Shown here one piece after another: positions 47,571 through 56,642 of a stretch of 64,000 bases of DNA. The notes below the pieces were generated by a model. That model did no database searches. It was given only the letters and a program-made list of their open reading frames with translations, and was not told the origin of the DNA. Each line of letters begins with the position of its first letter. The first letter of the stretch is position 1. Source of the DNA: a virus. The DNA lies in the IMG/VR virus record IMGVR_UViG_3300020056_002227, positions 96,001 through 160,000 of that record; one strand, written 5' to 3'. A program made the position numbers and the translations under genes.

Positions 47571-47598
47571 GCTAATAGTCCAAGGAGACGAAGATGGC
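47571..47598 (+). repeat. 28-bp direct repeat, copy 1 (GCTAATAGTCCAAGGAGACGAAGATGGC)
   Basis: Identical to 50222-50249; it contains the RBS and start codon. Confidence 0.95.
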
Positions 47599-48505
47599 TA
47601 TCGAAATCGGTGAAATAGAAGTAATCAGTAACGGTCGTGCCCTTGTAGATATTCAAGGCGCTAATGGAAAGTACGATAATTTTCAGCCTAATGTAACTGA
47701 TCTGACCGGTACTCAAATCAACTTCAATAATCCATTCAATAATGTTACCCTCTCAGCAAACAGAACTTTTACTTTCTTTGCACTTGGGGCTGGGAAAACA
47801 ACAATCGTAAATATAGACACTAGTGCTGATTTATACACGCCGATATTTAATTTTGAATCTACTACCTTTCAGTGGCAATCTGATGCTGAACCAGATTGGG
47901 CTACTCGTAGATATTGGACTGTTGCACTAGTATGCTGGAGTGGAACAGTTGTTCGAGCCTCGGCAACCGGTTATGACGTCCAAGAAGGTGGTTCTACTAG
48001 TCCTGGTGCTCCAGAAATAATTGATCTTGGCAACGGGCTGCGAACGGCACCAACTGGTATTAATCCAGAATCCGCGGGTTTAGCCAGAGCAGGATTTTCA
48101 TTCCTATCTAACGGCGAACTTAAGATGAATAATGTAGAAGGAGAATTGTCTTCTGGTAATATATTTACTCAAACAGCAGGAGCTCCAAGCCGTTGGTGTA
48201 GTGTAACTCCCACACAAACTTATTATATCAGAGCAACAATCCTTCAAAATTCCACTCATCCCGATGGCACTCTTGGTTTTGCCCAGGGCACTAGCTTAGA
48301 TAATACATCTACCCTAGGCCAACTTGGCCCATGGTATTCATTAGCCGAAAATCGCACCTGGTGTATCGAAGAGACTGATGCTGGATCCCTTCTGGAGGAC
48401 ACTGAGCTTCGAATGAGAATAGAGATAGCATCGGATGACAATGAAGATAGTATTCTTGCATCTAATGAATTTTTAATGATATGTAATTTGCAGGCGAATG
48501 ATTAA
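47594..48505 (+). CDS. putative fibre-tip module: shared domain A plus a unique C-terminal domain
   Basis: The N-terminal about 128 aa (MAIEIG..VISNGR...EPDWATRRYWTV..CWSGTVVRASATGYD) is paralogous to 48520, 50245 and 50634. Confidence 0.7.
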   Translation: MAIEIGEIEVISNGRALVDIQGANGKYDNFQPNVTDLTGTQINFNNPFNNVTLSANRTFTFFALGAGKTTIVNIDTSADLYTPIFNFESTTFQWQSDAEPDWATRRYWTVALVCWSGTVVRASATGYDVQEGGSTSPGAPEIIDLGNGLRTAPTGINPESAGLARAGFSFLSNGELKMNNVEGELSSGNIFTQTAGAPSRWCSVTPTQTYYIRATILQNSTHPDGTLGFAQGTSLDNTSTLGQLGPWYSLAENRTWCIEETDAGSLLEDTELRMRIEIASDDNEDSILASNEFLMICNLQAND

Positions 48506-48519
48506 AAGGTTTAGTATCT

Positions 48520-49605
48520 ATGGCACATGAAATAGGAACAGATGTTGTAATAGATAATAATCGTCGGCTGCAAAATATCACTGGAGCTGATGGGGTTTAT
48601 TCTGATCTTTCGCCTACTGTAACCCAAATTACAAATACAATCAATTTTGATTTTCCGGTAATGTCTTGTGACATGACAGAAAATCTTACCTTCACCGCTA
48701 CAAATATACCAACATCAGCAGACGATACCAGAATTTCGATGTTATTATTGAATAGGTCGGCTGATCTTCACACATTAAGTTTTGCAAACGTTAGTGGTGG
48801 AATTATTTGGACTACTGATAATGGACAAGAACCAACTTGGAGTGATTACCAATATTGGCAAGTGGTATTTACTGCATCTTCCGATAGAATTACTGCGGCC
48901 GCAGGAGGTTTCGGTGATGTGAGTGGTGGTGGTGGCGGTACGGCAGAAATGTCTACCAATATTAGTGTACCGAATGAATGGCTTAATAGATTAACACAAA
49001 TCGAAGATACTGGATTTGGAACCACCCCCACAGCTTTCGTTGCAATTAGGTTTTTGCACGAACCGAATGATAATCGAATTGCAATTAGATGGACAGGGGG
49101 CCGAAGTACCGACACCATCCCCCAAAGTACGAATATAACAACATATGTAAATTATTCTGGTATCACTAACATTACAGCTCTTGATATTCAATATAATGTA
49201 GAAATTCAGGGCATTACCACCGGTGACAGCCTAACATTTAACTGCACCCCAGCAGACCCATCTACTTTACAAACGGGTGACTTGCGAACGACTGGAATTC
49301 ACGATTCTGGTGTAGATTATAATCTACTTGGTAGCACCGCGGGGGTTTATCTCTTGTGGCAAGGACAAGGTAGATCGCGCGATATCAATAACAATATACC
49401 AGGTACTCTGGGTTATTCTTACGCGGGTTTTCCGAGCCCACTTGATCCAAATTTCGCACCACATTTAAAAATTACTATGGTATGTGATCAGGGGACTTTT
49501 GTTGCAACTGGTTCAATGCCTATTACCGGCTCAGGTGTTAGCATACCTGACGCTTTAAGTATATACCAGGCTGGAGATGGTACGGGCACGGGGGGATTTA
49601 ATTAA
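48520..49605 (+). CDS. putative fibre-tip module: domain A plus domain Y
   Basis: Domain A (EPTWSDYQYWQV), a Gly linker, then HEPNDNRIAI...YVNYSGITNITALDIQYNV, which is shared with 52170. Confidence 0.7.
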   Translation: MAHEIGTDVVIDNNRRLQNITGADGVYSDLSPTVTQITNTINFDFPVMSCDMTENLTFTATNIPTSADDTRISMLLLNRSADLHTLSFANVSGGIIWTTDNGQEPTWSDYQYWQVVFTASSDRITAAAGGFGDVSGGGGGTAEMSTNISVPNEWLNRLTQIEDTGFGTTPTAFVAIRFLHEPNDNRIAIRWTGGRSTDTIPQSTNITTYVNYSGITNITALDIQYNVEIQGITTGDSLTFNCTPADPSTLQTGDLRTTGIHDSGVDYNLLGSTAGVYLLWQGQGRSRDINNNIPGTLGYSYAGFPSPLDPNFAPHLKITMVCDQGTFVATGSMPITGSGVSIPDALSIYQAGDGTGTGGFN

Positions 49606-50204
49606 TGAGCTTAAATCATACACATTTAATTTTAGCAGGAGTGATGAGCCCCGGTCCAGTAGCCGCACCTCTTGATCCTATACCTACTAGTGGTTCGGGT
49701 GTAAGTATTCTTGCAAGGCAGGCTGCAGCCGGATTGACTGCAAAGGTAAGAGAGGATGCTGAAGACAGCGGTGTTGTTTCTTCATCTTCTAGTATTGCTT
49801 TACAAGTTTTTCATGTGTTTGGTGATATATTTCAAGTAAGAGTTCAAGGTCTTAGTGGTAGACAAAATACCGGTTTCTCTGCATGGTATAATCCGGCTGG
49901 TGATCCACAGACTTTACCTTTTACTCCTTCTACCGGACAAACAATATACACAAATAATGTAAGACCGAATGCAGTTCAATTTGTACAGGATGGTGATGCA
50001 GGATCATGGTTAGATTTATCAACGGTCGGTTCTAGCCAAGAGGTGACCGTGGGTGCAAGTGTTTCTATAACAGGTGGTGCTGATATCCAGGAAGATGTCG
50101 ATACGAGAGATATACAAATTTGGCTAAGATCTGACGGATATGCAGATACTCATCTAGTAACATTTAAAATACAGGCATATGCCTGGGCTCGAGCCTATAG
50201 TTAA
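49605..50204 (+). CDS. putative fibre-tip module: short leader B plus domain Z
   Basis: Leader MSLNHTHLIL..GPVAAP; the C-terminal IQIWLRSDGYADTHLVTFKIQAYAWA is shared with 50634. Confidence 0.65.
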   Translation: MSLNHTHLILAGVMSPGPVAAPLDPIPTSGSGVSILARQAAAGLTAKVREDAEDSGVVSSSSSIALQVFHVFGDIFQVRVQGLSGRQNTGFSAWYNPAGDPQTLPFTPSTGQTIYTNNVRPNAVQFVQDGDAGSWLDLSTVGSSQEVTVGASVSITGGADIQEDVDTRDIQIWLRSDGYADTHLVTFKIQAYAWARAYS

Positions 50205-50221
50205 AAATAAATAAAATTAAT

Positions 50222-50249
50222 GCTAATAGTCCAAGGAGACGAAGATGGC
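50222..50249 (+). repeat. 28-bp direct repeat, copy 2
   Basis: Identical to 47571-47598; preceded by AATAAATA at 50206-50213. Confidence 0.95.
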
Positions 50250-50622
50250 AATTAAAGTAGCTTCAACCACAGTCATAGATAACTCGCGGGTATTGACAAA
50301 CCTTGTCGGAGCATCTGGTAATTACACATCATTTTACCCTACAGTCACGGCAGTCAGTAGCGTATTAAATTTCACAAAGCCGGTGATGACACTTACCATG
50401 ACTTCTAACGTAACTTTTTCTGAAAGTAATAAAGGTCAAGGTAGGAATTCTATTCTACTGCTTGATAGAAATACAAGTGGTTACACCCCTTCCTTTTCTG
50501 CTAACGTAAACTGGGCTGAAGATACTGAACCAACTTGGTCTGATCACAGATATTGGCACATTTCTATGTGGTGCTGGAGTAATACTGTCGTGAGAGCGGC
50601 AGCAGTTGGCTACGATAATTAA
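50245..50622 (+). CDS. stand-alone domain A protein
   Basis: 125 aa: MAIKVASTTVIDNSR...EPTWSDHRYWHISMWCWSNTVVRAAAVGYDN. Confidence 0.75.
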   Translation: MAIKVASTTVIDNSRVLTNLVGASGNYTSFYPTVTAVSSVLNFTKPVMTLTMTSNVTFSESNKGQGRNSILLLDRNTSGYTPSFSANVNWAEDTEPTWSDHRYWHISMWCWSNTVVRAAAVGYDN

Positions 50623-50633
50623 GGTATAGTGCA

Positions 50634-52160
50634 GTGAGCGAGATTAAAGTAGCAAACACCAGAGTCGTAGGTAGATATTTTACCTCACCATATCTGGAAA
50701 GTATTACCGATACCACCAATAGTACATACGGCGTATCAACTAATGAGGCCTGGCCGAATTCTCTGACTATTACAGGAGGCGGTGGTACTAATGGTGTCAT
50801 AGCCTTAAGTTTTTCCTATGGGGGAGTAGCAACGGGGCGCAAGCCAGAACATCTAACTTGGCTTGCCGAAGACACAACATTTTATTTTATTAATGGTACA
50901 CAGGGTGCTATTGCTCACATTTTAATCGATAGAATGTCTCAAGACGCAAGCCCTTCCTTAAAAAATCTTACATTTTCTTCTTCCGAAACCAATGCAATGA
51001 ATATTTATTGGGATCGTAGCACAGAACCCGATTGGAGTAATTGGAGATATTGGCACGTATCTGGTATTTGTCTTGACTCTACAAAGATTAGATGTTCTGC
51101 TGTTCCATTTGATTCCCAAGCATTAACATATCCTGCTGGAACATTTTATGGTCGCTCTAGTGTCTCCGGAGCCACAACCAGTACCGGAGATGTAGCTTAC
51201 ATTAGAGCAGATGAAACAGTTGGTAACGGAGGCTTCGCATCCGCGGTGGCAAGTGGTAAGTTTGTAATTAATACGCCGTCGGGGCAATCACATCCAGTTT
51301 ATATAAGAGTATATAGAGAAACGGGCACAAATGTCACAACCGCTACTTTCTATAATACATCAGGGACCGGGAGCACACTTAACACATCAACGAATCCTAA
51401 TGTAGCATGGGGAGGCCCTACTGGTATTACACCTACTGCATATAGAGTAAAACAGGTTGGTGGTGGTACAGATACGGGATATATCACAGCAAATGCTGGT
51501 GGATTGAATGTTGCTTTTTCTGCCAGTGCGGATGTTGGTGGTGTGGGTACTGATAGCGATACTCAGAATCCAACATTTGAATTTTATATAAGGGCATCTG
51601 GCTATCATGATGCTCTTGCTGCAACATTCTCTGCTACAGCATATGCTACTGCTGAATCTACTTGTTTCATAGGAACCTCTTTACTTACAATGGTTGATGA
51701 ATCCGGTAATTTCCTAGAGAAGATAGCTCTAGAGGATGGTTATACAACGTATCATGCAGATACAACCATTCCCCGATACGTCAAGGGCCAGGATGGTGTT
51801 GTAAATAGGATCTTAGATTTTAGACAGCACGAAGGTCATGGAACTCTTCATGGATTTAATGGCTCTGATAATTTTGTAACTGGAGCACATCCATTTTTGA
51901 CCACCGATGGTTGGAAGGCATTTGATGGAGAAATAGCTCGATCTATGCATCCAAATTTAAGTATTACGAACTTAGAGGTTGGAGATATTCTTATAAAGTA
52001 CAATTCTGATACCGGAGAATATTATGAGGAAGAACTAACGTCTGTAACGTCAGAGAGAAGGCTTTGTATTGTTTACTCTTTGGATGTTACAGGCCCAGAT
52101 TCAGACACCGATGGTAATGACACATATATCGTCGATGATTATGTTGTACACAATAAGTAA
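50634..52160 (+). CDS. putative fibre-tip module: domain A, domain Z and a C-terminal Hint (intein-like) domain
   Basis: GTG start; EPDWSNWRYWHV; Hint motifs CFIGTS (Cys344), VTGAHPF and VYSLDV...TYIVDDYVVHNK-stop. Confidence 0.8.
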   Translation: MSEIKVANTRVVGRYFTSPYLESITDTTNSTYGVSTNEAWPNSLTITGGGGTNGVIALSFSYGGVATGRKPEHLTWLAEDTTFYFINGTQGAIAHILIDRMSQDASPSLKNLTFSSSETNAMNIYWDRSTEPDWSNWRYWHVSGICLDSTKIRCSAVPFDSQALTYPAGTFYGRSSVSGATTSTGDVAYIRADETVGNGGFASAVASGKFVINTPSGQSHPVYIRVYRETGTNVTTATFYNTSGTGSTLNTSTNPNVAWGGPTGITPTAYRVKQVGGGTDTGYITANAGGLNVAFSASADVGGVGTDSDTQNPTFEFYIRASGYHDALAATFSATAYATAESTCFIGTSLLTMVDESGNFLEKIALEDGYTTYHADTTIPRYVKGQDGVVNRILDFRQHEGHGTLHGFNGSDNFVTGAHPFLTTDGWKAFDGEIARSMHPNLSITNLEVGDILIKYNSDTGEYYEEELTSVTSERRLCIVYSLDVTGPDSDTDGNDTYIVDDYVVHNK

Positions 52161-52169
52161 GGAATTATA

Positions 52170-54863
52170 ATGCCATTACCCCATTCTGGTTTACATTTAA
52201 CTTACGGTAATAATTATAACTATACCGGTGGTAGTGGCCCCGTGTCACCACCCGCACCGGATACAGGTGCTATTTCTTCAATAACGCCTTCTACCACAAC
52301 GGTCAATGAAGGCAACTCTGTTACATTTACCGTAGCAACATCTAATATTTCTGATGGTACCTCTATCAGTTGGGAGGTTGTGGTTGGAGGTAATGCATAC
52401 CCTGCTGCAACAATTACTCCAAATAATGATTTTAGTACTGCTACTTCTGGTACTACAACTGTTACAAGTAACTCTGCACAATTTACAGTAGGTGCCGCGG
52501 CTGATTTAACGACAGAAGGGTTTGAACAATTTCGTGTTCGTGTCACATATTCAGGTACCGGATCTACTGTTACATCATCATATATCACGATCAATGACAC
52601 CTCACAGACGCCGGCAACACCAACTATTATTAGTGTTACGCCCCAGGGAGGTGCAACGTCAACTGTAGAAGGAAACACGAGAACTTTTGATGTTGTAACC
52701 TCTGCTATTCCTGATAGCACTTCACTTAACTGGGCAGTTAATCATATAGGCACAACATCGGCAGATTTTACGACAAGCTTCGGTACAGTTACGATTACTT
52801 CAAATAGTGGCTCGTTTAATGTTCCAATTGCTTCAGACGCAACAAATGAAGGAACAGAAGAATATACAATTACTGTTTCGGGTACAGTCAGTGCAACAGC
52901 TGTTTCTAAAACGACTGGATCTCAATACATTGTTGATGCTTCTTCACCGAGAATCGATGGATTGAGTGTTTCTTCATCATCAGTCGAAGAGGGGACTAAT
53001 CTTAATGTTATCGTAGATACACTCGACTATCCAGACGGTAATAAAGTATTCAACTGGGCCGTTTCGCACGTAAGTACAATTGCACAAGATTTTGATACTA
53101 CAAGCAGCACAGTGACAGTTAACACCTCGTCTGGTTCGGGCACAGGAAACTTTAATGTTCCTATTAGAGCAGATACTGTTGCGAATGAAGGTAGTGAAAC
53201 GTTTAGAGTTACTGTAACAGATCCGGTTACTCCTAGCATTAACGCACAGACTATTTTAGTTACGATCGTTGATAAAACACCAAGAATTGTAAGTGTTACA
53301 GGCCCCACCACTATTACAGAGGCAGGAACGGGTAACTACTTTACATATAACGTTACAACGGAGAATATTCCTAACGGCACCACTCTCGATTGGGATGTGA
53401 ATCATGGCACTACGGTCGTGGGTGATTTTGGTGGTAATGGGCAGTTTGGAACATTTACAGTTAATAATAATGCTGGATCTTTTCAAATTGATATAGACCA
53501 GGATGAAACCACAGAAGGCGATGAAACGTTTACTCTCACAGCATCTGGTACTGTAGCACATCCGAATGATGGATCGGTAAATGTTTCTGTAAGTGCTACT
53601 ACGGGCACAATTACTATCACAGATACCTCCACAGAGCCATCTATTAGTATTTCGAGTACACCGACTCAAGCTAATGAAACAAATTTGAATTCGAGGACTT
53701 GGACGATTACCACCGCTGGATTCGATGAGGGAGACACCCTTAATTGGATAATCAATCATGGTAGTACATCTGCGGCCGACTTTTCAGCAAGTTCAGGGAC
53801 CACTTCAGCAATAAGTGGTGGTTCTTGTACAATGACAATTGTTGTTGATGAAGATTTTACCACAGAAGGTGATGAGACATTTACATTTACGGTATCCGGC
53901 ACATCGTCTGGTGGCGCATCGGTAAGTGAAACTTCTCATACTGTTACGATATTCGATACGTCTCAAACACCTTCTATCAGCTCTGTTTCTGGTCCTAGTA
54001 GTATTGACGAAGGATCATCTGGTGATTTTGATATTACTTGTGTTAATGTTCCCAATGGCACTTCTTTGACTTGGCAGATCCAAACCACGAGTGGCACCGC
54101 ACCACCACTTACTGGATCTGGGCTGGCTGCCGATGATTTTAATAGTGCAACTGTATCTGGTACTGTTACGGTAAACAACAATACCGCGACAGTTACTGTT
54201 TACCCGTATGCCGATGCAACAACTGAAGGAGCTGAAGTCTTCAAATTGTTTGTGTATGGTACTGCAGGACCAAATAGTACATCAATAAATGGGACCTCTG
54301 GTAATTGCACGATTAACGATACATCACAGCCTACCGCAAGTATGGACTCTTCTTTTTCTATTACTGGCGGCTTTCAGAGCGAATCCGGATCTGCCGGTTT
54401 TGTTGAAGCTTATATAACCTTTCAAATTGATCATGAGCCTAGTAATAACAGAATAAAAATTGAATCACATAGAGGTGGATCACAAACACAGGCTATTATT
54501 ATTACTGATTACGTTGATTACACCGGTTTAAGTAATATTACGTCTCTTGATGTTAAATATAATGTTTCCTCACATTCTTGTATTGGAACGTGTTACTCGG
54601 GAGGGGCATTTGGACCTTTGCCTACTAACGATGGATTTTCAACAAATACTTACTATAGTGTTCCGACTACCCCCGGCGCGCGGGAATTTGGATGGATGGC
54701 CAAGGCCAATCCTAATTTAGGTAATAATAGTACAGCCGTCGATGCAAGTGATGTTGAATTAACAATAAGACTTATAGATTCAGTGGGCGGTACATTTACG
54801 GCAACGTCCAATTCGGTGGATATAGATCTTAACGCAAGTGTTGGCTCCTCCCCACAGGTTTAG
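52170..54863 (+). CDS. adhesin-like protein: leader B, six Calx-beta/Ig-like repeats and domain Y
   Basis: Six repeats of about 110 aa (EG....F.V.T...DGT.L.W....ADF....G.......F.V....D..TEG.E.F...V......I.DTS); C-terminal HEPSNNRIKI...YVDYTGLSNITSLDVKYNV. Confidence 0.8.
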   Translation: MPLPHSGLHLTYGNNYNYTGGSGPVSPPAPDTGAISSITPSTTTVNEGNSVTFTVATSNISDGTSISWEVVVGGNAYPAATITPNNDFSTATSGTTTVTSNSAQFTVGAAADLTTEGFEQFRVRVTYSGTGSTVTSSYITINDTSQTPATPTIISVTPQGGATSTVEGNTRTFDVVTSAIPDSTSLNWAVNHIGTTSADFTTSFGTVTITSNSGSFNVPIASDATNEGTEEYTITVSGTVSATAVSKTTGSQYIVDASSPRIDGLSVSSSSVEEGTNLNVIVDTLDYPDGNKVFNWAVSHVSTIAQDFDTTSSTVTVNTSSGSGTGNFNVPIRADTVANEGSETFRVTVTDPVTPSINAQTILVTIVDKTPRIVSVTGPTTITEAGTGNYFTYNVTTENIPNGTTLDWDVNHGTTVVGDFGGNGQFGTFTVNNNAGSFQIDIDQDETTEGDETFTLTASGTVAHPNDGSVNVSVSATTGTITITDTSTEPSISISSTPTQANETNLNSRTWTITTAGFDEGDTLNWIINHGSTSAADFSASSGTTSAISGGSCTMTIVVDEDFTTEGDETFTFTVSGTSSGGASVSETSHTVTIFDTSQTPSISSVSGPSSIDEGSSGDFDITCVNVPNGTSLTWQIQTTSGTAPPLTGSGLAADDFNSATVSGTVTVNNNTATVTVYPYADATTEGAEVFKLFVYGTAGPNSTSINGTSGNCTINDTSQPTASMDSSFSITGGFQSESGSAGFVEAYITFQIDHEPSNNRIKIESHRGGSQTQAIIITDYVDYTGLSNITSLDVKYNVSSHSCIGTCYSGGAFGPLPTNDGFSTNTYYSVPTTPGAREFGWMAKANPNLGNNSTAVDASDVELTIRLIDSVGGTFTATSNSVDIDLNASVGSSPQV

Positions 54864-54873
54864 GTTAATAGAT

Positions 54874-55158
54874 ATGGCAAATAAAATAGGTACTAGATCC
54901 CTTAAAATTCATGTTAAAGCATATGAAGGGGATGTTAACGGAAAAAACTTTTATCAACTGATTACACTTTGGGACACTCAAGATCATAATGATTTTGAAG
55001 AAAATTTTGTCCGCGACCAATTTCAGGATACTTTTTTGAATATGATTGTAAGTGTGGAAGAGCATACACCAGATCGGTATGAGGTGACCTCAGATCCAAC
55101 GGTTTTACGAAAAGTGTATCCAGTACCAGAAGAAATTGCAGACACCTACGACATATAA
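54874..55158 (+). CDS. hypothetical protein
   Basis: ATG 54874 is preferred over TTG 54838, which overlaps the previous gene; the ORF fills the gap before gp13. Confidence 0.55.
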   Translation: MANKIGTRSLKIHVKAYEGDVNGKNFYQLITLWDTQDHNDFEENFVRDQFQDTFLNMIVSVEEHTPDRYEVTSDPTVLRKVYPVPEEIADTYDI

Positions 55159-55161
55159 ATA
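55154..55161 (+). promoter_or_regulatory. T4-type late promoter TATAAATA
   Basis: Exact consensus upstream of gp13. Confidence 0.75.
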
Positions 55162-55196
55162 TAGAGATAAACATTTTCGATTAGAGAAAAGAAAAC

Positions 55197-55940
55197 ATGC
55201 CACAGCCTACCTCAAGACAAGAATTCATAGATTATACGATGAGAAAGCTCGGTGCTCCTGTCATCGAAATTAACGTGTCTGAAGAACAGGTAGAAGATCG
55301 AGTTGATGAAGCAATTTCCTATTGGCGAGATTACCATTATAATGGAAGCCAATTAGTTTACCTGAAACATCAAATCACACAAGCAGATAAAGATAATGGA
55401 TACATTACCTTGCCCCAGGGTTTGCTTGGTATTTCAAAGGTGTTCGACCTATCATCGTCAATATCTACCGGTGCTGGAATGTTCAATGTACAATATCAAT
55501 TTGTACTGAATAATTTGGAAGACATTACCGGCTATAATGTTCAGCATTATTATATGACAATGCAACACCTTGAATTTCTGCAAGAGATTCTGGTGGGTAG
55601 ACCATTAATTCGTTATAATAAGCACGTAAATAGACTGTTCATCGATGTAGAGCAAGATCATTTGGTAGTAGGTGATTATGTAGTTATTGAAGCTTATGAT
55701 ATCATTGATCCCAATTCATTCCCAGATGTTTGGGGTGATCGATGGCTCCAAAATTATGCAGCAACCCTTGTGAGAGAACAGTGGGGGCTTAATCTTACTA
55801 AATTCACAGGCATGCAGCTTGTGGGTGGAGTATCCTTTAACGGAGAACAAATTCTAGCAGAGGCGAGAGAAGATAGACAAAGAATGGAAGAAGAAGCAAC
55901 CACAAGTCTACAGCCCCTGACCTATAACTTTATTGGGTAA
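55197..55940 (+). CDS. gp13: neck protein gp13
   Basis: RKLGAPVIEINVSEEQVEDRVDEA, WLQNYA...QWGLNLTKF.G.QL.GGV..NG, and synteny. Confidence 0.92.
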   Translation: MPQPTSRQEFIDYTMRKLGAPVIEINVSEEQVEDRVDEAISYWRDYHYNGSQLVYLKHQITQADKDNGYITLPQGLLGISKVFDLSSSISTGAGMFNVQYQFVLNNLEDITGYNVQHYYMTMQHLEFLQEILVGRPLIRYNKHVNRLFIDVEQDHLVVGDYVVIEAYDIIDPNSFPDVWGDRWLQNYAATLVREQWGLNLTKFTGMQLVGGVSFNGEQILAEAREDRQRMEEEATTSLQPLTYNFIG

Positions 55941-55943
55941 ATC

Positions 55944-56642
55944 ATGGCCACCAATGTATTCTTCAGAAACTATGATAACTTCAATGAACAGAATTTAATT
56001 GATGATCTAGTAATCGAATCAATTAAAATGTATGGAGTCGATGTTCTGTATATCAGCAGAACTATAGGCTCTCGGGATTCTGTATTCAACGAAGACGACA
56101 CACCCATTTATGATCAGGTTTTCGAATTTGAATCCTACGTCAAGAATGTGGAAGGTTTCGAAGGTGAGGGTGATTTCTTATCTAAGTTTGGTATTCAAAT
56201 TCGTGATCAAATGACCCTGAGTGTGGCCAATCGGACATTTGAAAAATATGTTACCCGTGAAGAGAATACCATTGTAAGACCTCGAGAAGGCGATCTCATA
56301 TTCTTCCCATTGAATAGTAAAATGTTCGAAATCAAAAACGTCGAACATGAAAGTGTATTCTATCAGACCGGTGCCTTACAGGTATTCGATATCGTGTGTG
56401 AATTGATCGAATACAGCAATCAGATCTTCAGAACCGGCCGAGACAATATTGACGCTTATTTTGATGACATTATTACTGATACATATACTACTGTCGGGGC
56501 AAACAACGCATCGACTCTCGTTGGATTGGCCAACACCGATCCGATTGCAAGAAACCTTTTCTATGAAAGAGAGGGTGATTCAATCATTGACTTTACTGAA
56601 ATCGATCCCTTCAGTGAGGTCATTGAGATACAGGATTCTTAA
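55944..56642 (+). CDS. gp14: neck protein gp14
   Basis: EQNLIDDLVIESIKMYG, FLSKFGIQIRD, RPREGDLIFFP and FEIKNVEHE..FYQ.G. Confidence 0.92.
   Translation: MATNVFFRNYDNFNEQNLIDDLVIESIKMYGVDVLYISRTIGSRDSVFNEDDTPIYDQVFEFESYVKNVEGFEGEGDFLSKFGIQIRDQMTLSVANRTFEKYVTREENTIVRPREGDLIFFPLNSKMFEIKNVEHESVFYQTGALQVFDIVCELIEYSNQIFRTGRDNIDAYFDDIITDTYTTVGANNASTLVGLANTDPIARNLFYEREGDSIIDFTEIDPFSEVIEIQDS

Noticed and set aside
51663-52160. Canonical mobile intein
   Set aside because: There is no homing endonuclease, the +1 residue is Lys and the C-extein is one residue; it is treated as an intein-like Hint domain instead.
47571-54863. Diversity-generating retroelement or invertase shufflon
   Set aside because: No reverse transcriptase, recombinase, inverted segments or adenine-specific TR/VR pair was seen; the paralogues differ at all base types.
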